A DNA stretch of 64,000 nucleotides from Eledone cirrhosa (Eukaryota). Made by a program: the position numbers and the translations under genes. Each line of letters begins with the position of its first letter. Position 1 is the first letter of the stretch. The notes beneath the pieces were generated by a model. The model made no database searches. It was not told where the DNA came from and saw only the letters and a program-made list of their open reading frames with translations. Of the stretch, positions 44,535-59,071 are shown in pieces. Location of the stretch: contig OZ024742.1 of assembly GCA_964016885.1 (NCBI GenBank), positions 150,102,001-150,166,000 of the forward strand, given 5' to 3'.

Positions 44535-44607
44535 CTCCTGAAGAGTGCGATGCTCGAGTTTCCGAAGTTATTGGAAATCTCAAAATGCGGACGAAACCAT
44601 GGTAGAG
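44535..44607 (+). ncRNA. Type I hammerhead with extended stem II
   Basis: ctc-CTGAAGA-gtgcg...cggac-GAAA-ccatgg-TA-gag. Confidence 0.65.
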
Positions 44608-44931
44608 GTAAATAAATGTATTCTCTTTTCTCCTAGTTTATTTTACACCTAATTCTGTTTAATTGACTGTATATCTGGGCGATTACGCTGTCGAAATATT
44701 CGATAAATATTCCGTCGTAGCCGACGCGAAGGGCTAGTTTCGATTATTTGTTGGAGATTTCTTCATAGAAGCCTTATTCTTATAGCTTGGTCTATTCGAT
44801 TTTTTATATAGTTAATTATCCTAATTGGGAGAGGAAATGGTATATATTTTATCTGGTGATTCTATAGACATGATATATATATATATTTTAATGCGATGAA
44901 ATACCAATGATGGTTGGCAAATCACTGATGA

Positions 44932-45486
44932 GCCCACATCTTTGGTTATCCAGACCGCTGTGCTACCATTACACCAACACATCACCCATCTCCTTCCATT
45001 CAAATTAGAAGCTACATTCTTAGCGAGTATAAATGACAAGTAAGTATGTTTTGAAACAGTGAGCAGGTTTGAAATTAGAAAATAGAATAGCTTTCACCGT
45101 ATTTTTGACTAAAGAAATTTTAGTCTGAGAATGTAGCTTCTAATTTGAATGGAAGGAGATGGGTGATGTGTTGGTGTAATGGTAGCACAGTGGTCTGGAT
45201 AACCAAAGATGTGGGTTCGACTCCCATGTACGTCAATACTCATCTTTTTCTATTTATCTGAGGGTTCTAAACCCCATTATCAGACTAAAATTTCTTTAGT
45301 CAAAAATACGGTGAAAGCTATTCTATTTTCTAATTTCAAACCTGCTCACTGTTTCAAAACATACTTACTTGTCATTTATACTCGCTAAGAATGTAGCTTC
45401 TAATTTGAATGGAAGGAGATGGGTGATGTGTTGGTGTAATGGTAGTACAGTGGTCTAGATAACCAAAGATGTGGGTTCGACTCCCA

Positions 45487-45492
<6 letters not shown>
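44932..45492. repeat. 260-bp tandem unit with tRNA-like element plus inverted copy
   Basis: 45128-45230 is repeated at +260; 44932-45128 is the reverse complement of the unit. Confidence 0.85.
45165..45236 (+). pseudogene. tRNA-like sequence (anticodon GGA; AGA in the copy at +260)
   Basis: D arm gtgt/gcac, anticodon arm tggt-ctggata-acca, T arm gtggg-ttcgact-cccat, wobble-rich acceptor, downstream TTTTT. Confidence 0.6.
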
Positions 45493-45522
<30 letters not shown>

Positions 45523-45593
45523 ATATAGAAATGGCTTCTCACGGGATTAGAACTGTTTCATTCGGGAGAAATTATCAGGAAGCCCCTGATGAT

Positions 45594-45628
<35 letters not shown>

Positions 45629-45822
45629 GGAGAGATTGAACAAGGAAAACAAAAGAGACGAGGTCCAATTCTTTATTAAGCAGTGAATCTATTTTACTTT
45701 CCTTGTTCAACTTTCTCCACACACACACAAATCACCTTGTTTCGGTGAGATTTTCATATTCTCACTAGATTGTGTTCCCACAGTATTATATATTCTATCT
45801 TAATTAGGTAGAATATTAGTGT

Positions 45823-45871
<49 letters not shown>

Positions 45872-45880
45872 TATATATAT

Positions 45881-45928
<48 letters not shown>

Positions 45929-47379
45929 CTTTGTCTATCTTTTTCTTATGCATTCTCAAACGGCTCGATCAAATCAAATCAAATTTTACAATGCGACCTC
46001 CGGGATTACAACATAATTTTAGCGCAATTTTTATTTTCATTGGATTAAAACAATATAACATTTTAACTAAATTAATCTACTATAGACTATAAGTAAACGG
46101 ACATTTTATAACACGACGATGACGTCACAGTTTATATATGAGTGTGTATGTGTCTGAGGGTGGGTGGATGGGTGTTTGCGCATTCGTTACATACGTTAGG
46201 CCTTAGTAAGTTACATACACACACATCTTCACGTAAATATTTAATCAGATACACAGAGAATTACACACACACACTACATGTAAAGTTAGTGAGAGCATAA
46301 TTCTGTCACTGCATGGATATAAGAACAATGTCAGTTACTATTTGTAAGTGTTATTGCTGCTCTACCCGGAGTTGTTATGGTTGTTGTTGTTTTACTGGTT
46401 TCACATTCGAGACAAACGTGACTAGATTTAGGATATAACTGAGATCAGAGAAAATAGAGAAGCTATGTACATAGTCAATAGGTACTAAAGTAGTCTAAAG
46501 ACTGAAGGGATGTCTTATTGATAATCTCAGTAGAAAAATAGGAGAAAAGCTACTTTTGAAGAAACGAGAAAAACAAACAATGTATGTGTATGTGAAATAG
46601 TGCAGACTTAGTGATTAGGGTGCTGGGCTCAAAACCGTAAGGTTTTGTGTTCGAATTCCGGCCCGGTCAGTGTGATGTAACCGTGAGCAAGACACTATAT
46701 CTCACATTTTCATCCTTACAGGGTCGATAAAATAAAGTACCAGTAATGCACTGGGTAATTACTGTCCTTGTGCCTAAAGTAGAAACAATTATTTCAGTCC
46801 GCTCAGCTGCCACGTAAATAAATTGCAACGACATTCGTGCCTGATTGTATCAGCTTCTAATTTTTAGATAAAACCGTCATCGATAAGATAGGGAGACTTT
46901 CATTCAAGGGTGAGGGTTGGCCTTTCACAAAATACCATGCATGCTTCTCGAAGTCAATGATTGGTGTATAACTCATGGCCAATCACGACCGAATGGGCAT
47001 TTTCCCTTCCTTGTGTGTGAACAAATAAGCTAATTTCTTTTTATTTCGACTTGATACAATTTAAAGAGAATGTATCTTGCGAGGAGAATTAGATGTGTGC
47101 TATTATTTGGTGAACGGAAATAGAATCACAAAAAAAATGTCACAGAAAAAGGTTACAATTTTGGGTAGAAGAGAAAAAAAGCTGTTTTAACCGAAATTTA
47201 ATTATTCCCAATTGCTTTTCTCTCTTAATAGATTTAAGTGTTCACTGTTTTAAATAAATTGCTTTTTTTATGGTATTTATATGTGACATTCCCCAACGGC
47301 TTTTTTCTGTGACTTTTTTCATAGATTCTCTTCTTTACACCCTGGGCAATTTACGAAATAATGAACTGATTTATAAGGC

Positions 47380-48065
47380 AGCTAATTGACAGATTCGTTA
47401 GAACGTCGAATAGAATGTATTTCAGTATTCGTTACGGCTCTATGCACTCTGTATTCAAATCCCACTGGGGTCAATTTTACTTTTATCCTTTTGTGATCGA
47501 TAAAAATGTACCCGATCCAGTACTGAAGTAAGTTGTTCCTCTATGTCTCTTTCTCACTTCCTCTCTCCATTGTTTCACTATTTCCTTCTCTGGGAGAATT
47601 TGATTGTGTTCAGACTTGGGGAGGAGATGGTCTCCGCTAGGTTAAAAATGTCTTTGATACACTGTATGTCACTGCGATGCCCCTACGGCTCTATCAGAAT
47701 TTACGGGTTTATGCATACAAATTGAGATGAAGATTATACGTATGGACCCGTAAATACTGGGGAAGTCGTAGGGGCGCCATATTGACATGCGGCGTTTCTA
47801 GAACATGTTTAAAACTGGTGGTCTTCTCCAGGTCTGAATACCGCAGATTTCTTCCAGAGAAGGATAGAGAGTGAGAGAACGGAAGCGAGAAAGAGATATA
47901 AAGGAAGAATCGACCCCAGTACTAGACTGCTACTTTTTTTTTATCGACTTTAAATGGATGAAAGGCAAAGTTGTCCTTGACGGGATTTGACCTCAGTGAA
48001 CAGAGAGTCGGAACGAATACTACAAAGCATTTTATCCGACGTTCTAACGAGTCTGCCAATTCGCC
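47380..48065 (+). other. Long imperfect fold-back: SINE(+) / ~370-nt hairpin / SINE(-)
   Basis: Colinear complementary blocks across 47536-47906, flanked by oppositely oriented SINEs. Confidence 0.75.
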
Positions 48066-48997
48066 GCCTGGGATGAAGACTACGAACTGAAAAAATTTAA
48101 TTTCACTCAAAAGTTAAGATATAATAATAAAAAAAGATAAATATAGTTATATGATAACTACAATATACGATACAAGACATATAACAATTATCAACGTTAA
48201 ATGAACCTTTAACCTAGTTGACTAAGTACAGGCTACTCCCCAATAGCCTTATCGTCGAATTCATTGCGGTTGAAACATCTGGCGTCTTGGACCTCGAACC
48301 ACATCTTTACTTACTTGGCTCTTTCAGCCCACCTCCCCCACTGTCCACCGGGGTAACAGATTTGCCATTCTGTCCGCTGGGACCATGAAGCAACGCCTAT
48401 CAGTTGTATCGCAAAGGACATGAAAGTCTACTTGATTAGATATCAGGGTCTCATAACCACGCCGAGCATCCAAGTGAAACTGACTATCATAGAACTGATT
48501 GCTGATGGTCAGGAGCGCGTTTTCACAGTTCAGCTAAGACGTGTTTTATTTTATTTTCAATCTTTGTGCAACGGCTATAATTTTTCGTGATATTTCTTTT
48601 ACAATTGGTATTCTTACAGAGCCGAATAGTCTACTGGACATTGCCCAAATATGACCTGCCATGAGAACCGGACACTGGATGGTGCATCCTCAGATTTAAA
48701 AAGATAGAATTTATAAAAATGATTCTGAAATACGTTCCTGAAAGCCTTTCCTCTCAAAACAAGAACAAAGTACAAAACTAAATCTAAAAAAAAATAAATA
48801 AAAAAAATAAAAAAATAAATAAAACAAACAAACAAAAATAGTTAAACAAAGAAATTGGTAAAAAATATCCTCAGAAATTAAAGTGCCCACCTAGAATGTT
48901 CTGAAGCCCAATCACCAAAGCATGGTGATGAGCCTGGTTCAAATGACCCTGAATTCATTCCTTCCCTATTAGCGAAACATTTCTTTGTCCCCTCTTT

Positions 48998-49376
48998 CCA
49001 GCAGTATCGGTAGAGTGTCGGACAACATGCTTTGCGACTTAGAGTTACGGCCCTTTACGTCACGTGTTCAAATCCTGTTGAGGTTATCTTTGCCTTTCAT
49101 CATTACATGGTCGATAAAATAAAGTACTAGTAATGCACAGGGGTCGATTTAATCAACTTTCCCCTCCTCCCAAATTGTTGGCCTTATGCCTAAATCAGAA
49201 ATCGGTAGAGGGTCGGACGCCATGCTTTTATGCATAGAGTTACGGCCCTTGCCATTCTGAGTTCAAATCCCGCCGAGTTTAACTTTACCTTTCATCCTTA
49301 CGGAGTCGATAACATAAAGTACCAGTAATGCAGTGGGTAATTGCTGGCCTTGTGCCAAACGTAGAAACAATTATTT
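48998..49376 (+). mobile_element. SINE dimer
   Basis: Two heads with B box and conserved core. Confidence 0.8.
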
Positions 49377-49994
49377 AAATATGAAAAATATGCCTAGCGT
49401 AAACAGGAACATTTGTCTAAAACTAAAAGCTATAAAATTTTGACACGTCAAAAACTATTTTAATATCTTTAGCTAGCAAATGCCCATTTACACAAAATAT
49501 TGCATAACCTAATAATCCAGCATGAACCTATATTTGTACTAATGAATTACTGGTACGCCTACAGTGTTTCGTTTCAATACTACATAATATTATCGATAGA
49601 TATTTTAGTCAAGCCAACACTATGTTTAGACAGGTCAAGGGCGGTGGAAGCATTTCTGAATTGGCGGGGCCAAATTTGGACAATTTAGTTGTAGTGAAGT
49701 GATTAGTTTAGCGCTTTGCACTCTAAAATGGTCAGAAAACTTCCATATGCGATAAACAATATGTACATAAATTGTAGCGCATATCCAAATTTATGTGTTA
49801 TTTGGTAGTTTTGGGAGAAAATATTGGAGTGGGGCATAATCCCCCCACTCACCCACACACACACACCAGTTCCACCGCCACTGTGTATATATGATTAAAA
49901 AAAAATTATGCTCTGTGCCCTTTCATAAGGGTTAATATATCAAGATTCTTCGCATTTGGTAAGAAACTGGTATTATACCCAATTTATTCATCTC

Positions 49995-50029
<35 letters not shown>

Positions 50030-50091
50030 TTAATAATACTACCTTGATTAAATCTTAACCATTTAACATCTCAGGGTATGTCATGTATCAT

Positions 50092-50150
50092 TATATTTTG
50101 TCTGATGAGGACGTACTGTTGTACATCCGAAATATGTATAATAAAATGTA
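50092..50150 (+). ncRNA. Type I hammerhead ribozyme
   Basis: tatattttgt-CTGATGA-gga c gtac tgtt gtac a tcc-GAAA-tatgta-TA-ataaaatgta; paralog of 6595-6660. Confidence 0.8.
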
Positions 50151-50176
50151 ATTGATCAAAAAGAACATCTATTTTA

Positions 50177-50243
<67 letters not shown>

Positions 50244-50539
50244 CTGTATATATATTCATTTATTATGGCTATTGGTGAAATTTGTTACTCTAAAGTTTCA
50301 ACTCGTTCACTCACAGGATCACCAGTCTTGTCTGGTAAGTTACTCCAGAGTAACAAAACTTAATCATAATAAATGAATATTTAAACTCTACTTCGGTATT
50401 GAGTTTCCATTCTTACATCCGTCAATAATTCACGTAGTTTCAGATCTTGAATAATCGCCCACACCCCCACTTATTAATTCCACCCTCATCCACGCCCACT
50501 TATTAAATTTTATTAATCTACCTCCGGCGAAATGTTATT

Positions 50540-51148
50540 GCAACACTCTCTCATTCTCTCTCACTCTATCCATCACTACCAAACTCTCCCCCCCCATATC
50601 AATACCTATCTCTCTCAATCCACTAACTCCATTCATTACCACTAAACTCTCGCCCTCTCTAGATAAACCATACAACACTCTCTCCCAATCCCTCCTCTAT
50701 ATCAATTAACACCAAACTCTCCCCCTCTTTATACCTACTACACGCAACTCTCTTCCAATACCCCTTTCTAAATCAATAAACTTTAATCTCTCCCTCTCTC
50801 TATATCTAATATACAACTCTCCTCTCTATATCTACCATACAACAATTTCTCCTAATCCCCCTCTCTCTATATCTAATATACAACTCTCCTCTCTATATCT
50901 ACCATACAACAATTTCTCCTAATCCCCCTCTCTATATCAATTAACGCCAAACTATCCCCCTCTGTATAGCTACTATACGGAACTTTCTTCAAACCCCCTC
51001 TCTATATCTACCATACAACTCTCTATCTCTCATTCCCTCTCACTCTATCTATCACTACCAAACTCTCCTCCTCTCTATATCTACCATACAACACTCCCTC
51101 CCAATCCCCCTCTCTATATCAATTAACCCCAAACCCTCCCCCTCTAAC
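50540..51148. repeat. Degenerate CT-rich minisatellite
   Basis: Recurring ctctctatatctaccatacaac / aatccccctctctatatc motifs, one near-exact internal duplication. Confidence 0.75.
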
Positions 51149-51642
51149 ATAAATATAAATAAATATACACAGGTACAATAACAGCAACCACACATAAACA
51201 CACACTAGTGAACAAAAATAGAATAGAAACACACAGAGACTCAAACACGAACACACACTAAACAGAAAACACGCACATACACACAAACGCATGCGCAAAC
51301 AGAGACAAGAATAAATAGATAAAAATAAAAATGGAGTATACATCACAATACAACGGGAGGAAACATAATAGTACCACTGATGATGTTACAGGTGTGTGAT
51401 GAAAGAACTTTGATAGACTGTATATGTATATCTATATTTTTAACCGTCCGTCAATCAATGATAAACATTGATTGCCAGCTAAATTAACTATAGGGATATA
51501 AAAGATATAGAAGCAAAAACCAATCCAAACCAAACAGTGAGTGTGTTCTGTTATTATTTCTGGCAATATTATAACAATATGCCCCTCCCAAAATATAACA
51601 ATATTTGTTTCAACTCACGATTTCACATAAAAAAACTTGCAA

Positions 51643-51674
<32 letters not shown>

Positions 51675-52266
51675 ACAAAAAGTTATCGCTCTACATGGCT
51701 GAATACAATAAATGTAATCTGAGTTTTTCGAATATTAATAATAATATTCGATTCGTTTGCAATTATGCCATATCAGTAGAATGATCCCCTCATATATAAC
51801 AAAGAAAGTGTGGTAAGGAACCAGGTGTACCATAACGCACCAGAGTACTCAATACTTAGGGTAGTAGAGTGGGTAATAGAAAAAGAATCAGGACCCCGAC
51901 GGCTCAGCTCCGGCCGTTTCGACAGCTAGATCTAACTGTCGAAACGGCCGGAGCTCAGCCGTCGGGGTCCTGATTCTTTTTCTATATATATATTATTATC
52001 TCTAACTCCCTCACAGTAGAGTAACCACGGAAGTATAGTGACTGATTTCAAGCAAACACTATATACACTTCTAGTCAACCTTACAACACCTCTGTAGCCT
52101 CTGTATCATATTAATATCCCTTCCGCCTTCTGAGATATTTTTCACTGCTACAAGGGATTAATCCCCTTTCTTGACCGGTGTATCACATGATAGAGTCTCC
52201 CTCCGCCTTGTTGAGATTTTCTCGCTTGCTACGGACGTATGTAGTTAGGGCTCTTCCCTGAGGTGC

Positions 52267-52357
52267 TCCCTTGATAAGCTGGCTTACCTCACAACAATGT
52301 TACATATCTATGATATAACATTTTTGCATAGCGACCAGCGAAACTGTACAGTCGGGA
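52267..52357 (+). ncRNA. Diverged U3-A8 hammerhead within a paralog (~52000-52515) of the 595-bp unit
   Basis: tccc-TTGATAA-gctgg...ccagc-GAAA-ctgtacag-TC-ggga. Confidence 0.75.
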
Positions 52358-52595
52358 CGAAGAAAAAATAGGTATATTGTATCTATTATTCCTTCTTATT
52401 TTATATTATTTTACATAGCTCTGATATTGTGTCAATTTAGTTATTTCGATTATCTTGTCTCTCATAATCATAGAGCAACACTGGTTAAGGTCGACAACAT
52501 AAATCTCACATACTTATGAAAAATATACGTTTTTATATACATGTATATGTATGTATGCACATATATCTGTATACCTCTCATTATTATAGTTCAAA

Positions 52596-53020
52596 TTGGT
52601 GGTGAATTGGCAGTATCGGTAGAGGGTTGGATGCCATGCTTTGATGCATAGAGTTACGGCCCTTGCCATTCTGAGTTCAAATCCCGCCTAGGTTAACTTT
52701 GCCTTTCATCCTTACGGGGTCGATAAAATAAAGTACCAGTCACGCACTGGGGTCGATTTAATCGACTTTCCCCTCCCCCAAAATTGCTGGCCTTGTGCCT
52801 ATATAAGAGACCATTATTATAGTTCAAAGGGCGGTGGATTGGCAGTATCAGTAGAGGGTCGGACGCCATGCTTTCCAGCATAGTTACGTCCCTTTACGAT
52901 CTGAGTTCAAATCCCGCCGAGGTTGACTTTGCCTTTCATCCTTACGGGGTCGATAAAATAAAGTACCAGTAATGCACTGGGTAATTGCTGGCCTTGTGCC
53001 AAAAGTAGAAACAATTATTA
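52596..53020 (+). mobile_element. SINE dimer (young copies)
   Basis: ggcggtggattggcagtatc...gagttcaaatcccgcc...conserved core, twice. Confidence 0.85.
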
Positions 53021-53580
53021 TATATAAACGTTAGAAGTTAGAAGGCCAGAACAATGCAGGTGTGGAGATAGAATATAAATGTAAAGATAACGCTGACAAT
53101 TATAGTCTTTTACCTTAATTTATTCATATATCCTGATATTTCGAGATAATATCTCTTCGTCTGAGGAAAGTAAAGGGGTTAATCCAGTGTCTGAAGTGGG
53201 TTGCTCAATCACTTACCCCCCCCCCCTCTCCTCCCCGCAAGCAAGTGTTTCGGCCTTTAACTTCTAATAAGACTTTGTATTTGTAGCTATAGCAACGTCA
53301 TGCCAGTGAAAGTATTATTAGCGAAGAGCTCAAAGATTCCTGACTATCAACATTTGTACAGAGCTGATGGCTGAAATAACAGAATAAGGACACGTACAAA
53401 TGTACTTCTGTATTTACATAGAACCTTGGATTTTGTTGACCATCTTTAATTGTTGTCAGACAAATCATACCTTTCTCTATTCTCCCCTTCTTTTTCTCAA
53501 CCTGTATCTTTGATCACGCGCACACACAAATACACACATGCATTCACACGCACACACATACATACACACATACACGCACG

Positions 53581-53643
<63 letters not shown>

Positions 53644-56453
53644 GCGCGCGCACATACATACACACAGCCCTTAAGGTTGGTGGCGTATGAATACAAAAGA
53701 CGACTTCCGCCCAGTTGTTGCTTCGGGCCTTTTTTCAGTTCTAGCTAGCAGTTGCGTTTTGGACTCGTATACGCCAGCCCCTCACAGATGGCTTTCGCGG
53801 TCGAGACACCATCTTTCAAAACTACCAAGCAGTAGCGCTTTGCATATCGTCGACACCAGGAGCTCGTAATGGCTTCCCTACTCCAGCGACTTTGCTCTCT
53901 AACATATGAGAGTAGTTTCATTATACGGCTTTTAGGAGATTTACCATAACCGACAACTTGGTTTTAAAGTACTTGCCTTTAAGAGATTTGCCATTGCCTG
54001 TCAGCTTTGTTACACAAAATATCTGTACCACTTCACACCCTTTGTACATTCACTTCATGTAAAAATAAATCTTTATTATGTTTAATTATGCCTTCTGATC
54101 TGATCCTTCCACTAGGACTAAAAATAAACACGCCGCCTTACCTCTTTATCATCTTTAAGGATATAATATCCGCTTCCAATAATAGAATATAGCAAAAGTC
54201 TTTTCGCTAAAGTCCTAATCGCTAAAGTGGTTTGCCTGCTTGTTTGGTCGATTTGTAGTGGTGCAGTAGGAGTCGGGAGATATGTTAATGAATTAGTTGA
54301 ACGAGAGGTTTGTTGGCCGAGTTCATTGCCGGATTTACCATTGTTCTTAGGTGTGCTTAAGGACAGGGTCCAGTTGGCCAGGGATGGGAGCCCCGTCCGC
54401 CCAATGTTTTACGATGAATTTTTTTACGAGTAAGGGGCCTCATAGCTTAACTAGCACAGGGCCTCATTTATTCTAAATCTTGCACTGGTCTAAGTGAATG
54501 AAGTGTGTCTCAGTGAGTCGAGAGAATTGTTGCTGTGAAGTCATGCTATGGTTGATGTAACCAGTAGTTGTAGTCGCTTGTTGTGTTGATGTAATATGAC
54601 CGCGGGGAAGACTATTTTCCCTAATCACATTGATATGAATTTACAATTGAACACCACTCATTTTTATGTTTGTATTGGCTGCATGTTTTACACCCCAAAT
54701 CATGTAAGGTAATGAACAAATTAAAAAAAGATTCACGTATAATTGTGGTATGTTGATTGTGTGTATGAATATAGAATCCAAAAGTAGTGAATTCTACTAA
54801 CCTTGATTGAAGTTGGCATGCTTGGTCAGAACAGCCAACAACATAGGTCAGGACTACCTGGCCAGCTTGGAAGCGACCGAGTTTCTCTATAACATAGTGG
54901 AGAGGCAGACTGTATGTCTGGGATCAAAATTTCTTGTATACATACTGGTTTAGGTCCCCAGAAAACATTAAACAGATGGCCTTTCCTTTTAAACAAAGGC
55001 AGTAATCCAAATGGTGACATGTGAGCTCAAACAAAGGAATTGGTATCTAAGTTAGTCTTACAAGGTTAAAGCTCAGTGCGTGTTCATATGCGACTATTTG
55101 AGAATATGGGAACAATCTCATATACATATAGAGTAAGGAAAATGCGAAGTTCGGTGTAGATGTTAGAAAGTCCTTTATAAACAATATTAACAAAGCTGTG
55201 ATACATATGTCAATGGCGATCGTGGCTACGTAATTGTTCAATCCTATAACCAGTCACACGATATCATCAGACAGCAACTTATGTAATAAGGTTACGTTTC
55301 CGAGGCAATCCAATCTAAAGTCAAGGGAACGGCGGACTAAAATTATGGTTTCATAGCCGAAGTCTGAACACATAACATAAAGAGCAAATACCATAAAACA
55401 TTTGTCCAATGCTCTAACGATTCAGCCAATGGATTGGCTGAATCGTTAGAGCGTTGGAAAAATGCTTTACGGTATTTGTTCTTTACGTTCTGTGCTCAAA
55501 TCCTGTCGAGATTAAATTTGTTTTCAATCGTTCTGAGGTGGATAAAATAAAGTACCCACCACGACCGGCGCTACCATTTATACTGAACATGTATACCGCG
55601 TAGCAGCGGAGAGGGAGATATGGTGTAATTATTTGTAACATGACTTGGCGTCGGTGAGTGTGGACTGTGTAGTAGGAAATGCAGGCTAAATAATTGTTCT
55701 TGTTGCGGTTAGAGCAAGAAGTGTCAAAAATTGGACTCGCCAGTTTGCTAAGCTTTAAGTTGAAATTGTTTTATTTAAGAGAATGGGGCGCATAACTGGA
55801 AGAATTGGTGAATAACTGGGAGAATGTCGCGTAAATTGTTAAAATAACCTAGGTCGCTAAATACCCAGACATCGGCCGTTGCAGCAGTCCTCTCCCAAGG
55901 TCCTTATAATTAGCCTTGCTCCTAAATTAGAAACTCAATATTATGTATACAACTATTCATTAATAACTTTGTCATTCGAAAGTTAGCGATATATTTCTCT
56001 ATTTCCCCATGTCACTCACTCCTATTACCACCACTTTCATTATATTACTTACACTCGAAGGAAAGGTGTCACGTCCACCTGTCTGCCTTTCTATCTATTT
56101 ATCTCTAACCCCCTTACCACTCCCCTTCTCTACTTGTGTCGACGTTCAGTTTCGTGAAGGAAATAAGACTTGGAGTAAAAAGAAAGAAAAAAAAAATGGA
56201 ATACTTTTTTAAAAGTCGTCGGTAAGTACTTTTAATGTAACGGTGTGTTTGGTTTCCCCGCGTGTATACAGGTAGGCGTATGTATATAAATATACATAAG
56301 CGTATTAGTTTTCTTTTTTACTCTGTGTATGTGTGTGTATATATATGCATTCGTGCAATCATGTATACATACACTTTAACACTAACACACACATATGCAT
56401 ACATACAAAAAAAAATACACACATGAATGCACACACAAGTATTAACATATATA

Positions 56454-56700
56454 CAGTGGAACCTCGGTTCACTAACTTAATTCGTTCCTGAATGCCGCTC
56501 ATCACCCGAACTGTTTGTAAACGAAAACTATATTTCTCATACGATATATTGAGAGAGAAATACAGTGAGAAAGAGACTCAAATAGATATCACCATCGTAG
56601 CTAACTATTCAGTAAATGATACTCCAAGCTTGTTGCAAACTGTTGTTGCCGGCTTGCGTGTCCGTTACACGAGACACCGTTCGTGATCCAAGGTTAGACT
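56454..56700. mobile_element. Tigger-like MITE inside a ~110-bp direct duplication
   Basis: TA-CAGTGGAACCTCGGTTCAC...GTGATCCAAGGTTAGACT; 56330-56440 is repeated at 56705-56812. Confidence 0.55.
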
Positions 56701-56824
56701 TATGTGTGTGTGTGCATATATGCATTCGTGCAATCATGTATACATACACTTTAACACTAACACACCCATATGCATACATACAAAAATACATACATGAATG
56801 CACACACAAGTGTGTGCATTTTTG

Positions 56825-56863
<39 letters not shown>

Positions 56864-57037
56864 TTATATAGATAGATAGATATATGAATTCAAAATAGGG
56901 AGCGCACAGGACAAAGACAATGGAAAAAATAACAACGGAAAGACGGACAGCTTTGTCTCCTCAGTCAACATCTGGAAATCACTATGGTTTCGGTAAATTA
57001 ATATATATATATATATATACATATGTATATATATATG

Positions 57038-57092
<55 letters not shown>

Positions 57093-57097
57093 GTATG

Positions 57098-57134
<37 letters not shown>

Positions 57135-57254
57135 AATATTGTATGTGTGTGTGTGTATTATGTATGTATATATATGTATGTATATACATGTATGTATATA
57201 TATATATGTATATACATGTATGTATATATATATATATGTGTATATACATGTATG

Positions 57255-57292
<38 letters not shown>

Positions 57293-57296
57293 TATG

Positions 57297-57327
<31 letters not shown>

Positions 57328-57410
57328 ATACATGTATGTATATATATATGTATGTATATACATGTATGTATATATATATATGTATATACATGTATGTATA
57401 TACATGTATG

Positions 57411-57469
<59 letters not shown>

Positions 57470-57506
57470 ATATATATATATATAATACTGAATGTGTGTG
57501 TGTGTG

Positions 57507-57881
57507 TAATCTGAGTTTTTCGAATATTAATAATAACATTCGATTCGTTTGCAATTATGCAAACAAGCCTCAATTTTATAGCCATGTCAGTAGCAACATT
57601 ACCCAGAAACATTAGGGTCAGCTGTTCTGTTCCCATGCCAACATAAGAGCAAGAATGAAGTGTTCATTCTACTGACATGGCTATAAAATTGAGGCTTGTT
57701 TGCATAATTGCAAACGTATCGAATGTTATTATTAACGATCTGAGTTCAAATCCCGCTGAGGTTGACTTTGCCTTTCATCCTTACGGGGTCGATAAAATAA
57801 AGTACCAGTAATGCACTAGGTAATTGCTGGCTTTGTGCCAAAAAGTAGACTCAATTATTAATATTCGAAAAACTCAGATTA
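57507..57881. repeat. Fold-back repeat interrupted by a SINE fragment (~57736-57850)
   Basis: 57507-57593 is mirrored at 57669-57735 + 57855-57881. Confidence 0.75.
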
Positions 57882-58179
57882 TATATATGTATATATATAT
57901 ATATATCAGGAACGATCGACTTTCGTCAAATCGGACCGAGGAAATAATGCTTCCATTGGTCTTTCCAATTGCTAGTACTATCTATCGGTCGCAACTCCAG
58001 GTAGAAGGAGCAACGTGAAATAAAGTGTCTTGCTCAAGGACATAACGCATCGCCCGGTCCGGGGATCGAACTCACCATCTCACGATTGCGAATCCAATTC
58101 TCTAACCACTCAGCCACACGCCTTCACTATATATATATGTATATGTATATATATATGTATATGTATATGTATATATATG

Positions 58180-58212
<33 letters not shown>

Positions 58213-58225
58213 GTATATATATATG

Positions 58226-58264
<39 letters not shown>

Positions 58265-58941
58265 GTGTGTGTGTGTATATATATATAACAAAGAAAGTGT
58301 GGTATGGAACAAGGTGGACCATAACGCACCAGAGTACTCGATACTTGGGGTAGTAGGGTGGGTAATAGGAAAAGAGTCAGGACCCCGACGGCTGAGCTCC
58401 GGCTGTTTCGACAGCTAGATCCGATCTAGCCGACGAAACGGCAGGAGCTCAGCCGTCGGGGTCCTGACTCTTTTCCTATATATATATATATATATATAGG
58501 AAATATATATATATATATATACAATATTGTATACATATATGTGTTTGTAGGGGTGCGGGTTGTATGCTTTTTTTTTTTTTTTTTTTTTTTTTTTATATTA
58601 TCAATCACATTAGACAGTATCTATACTTCCGCACTACCGTGAGTTAGTTAAGCGGCACTACTTGTTTTTCATGTCGGATACAGGATTTATCGATCTCTGT
58701 TTGCCGCACCGCTACCTTACACAGATGCAGATACGAACATACGCAGACACCCATATATGCTGTGTTTGTGTGTATGTGCGTGTGCGTGTGTGCGTGTGCG
58801 TGTGCGTGTGCGTGTGTGCGTGTGTGTGTGCGTGTGCGTGTGTGTGCGTGTGCGTGCGATAGAAAACAGTTTTCCGAAGAGAACATAGTTAAAAAATACT
58901 CAATACATTAAGTAATGTATATAATTATCTCAGATAGAGAT

Positions 58942-58978
<37 letters not shown>

Positions 58979-59023
58979 CTAACTTTCTCTCTTGCTCACT
59001 TTCTCTCATTTTCTTTTATAATA

Positions 59024-59071
<48 letters not shown>

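Noticed and set aside
54828-54911. Possible host exon (TANNIGQDYLASLEATEFLYNIVERQT then gtatgt)
   Set aside because: No clear acceptor, no recognised homology and no partner exons; needs BLASTx or RNA-seq
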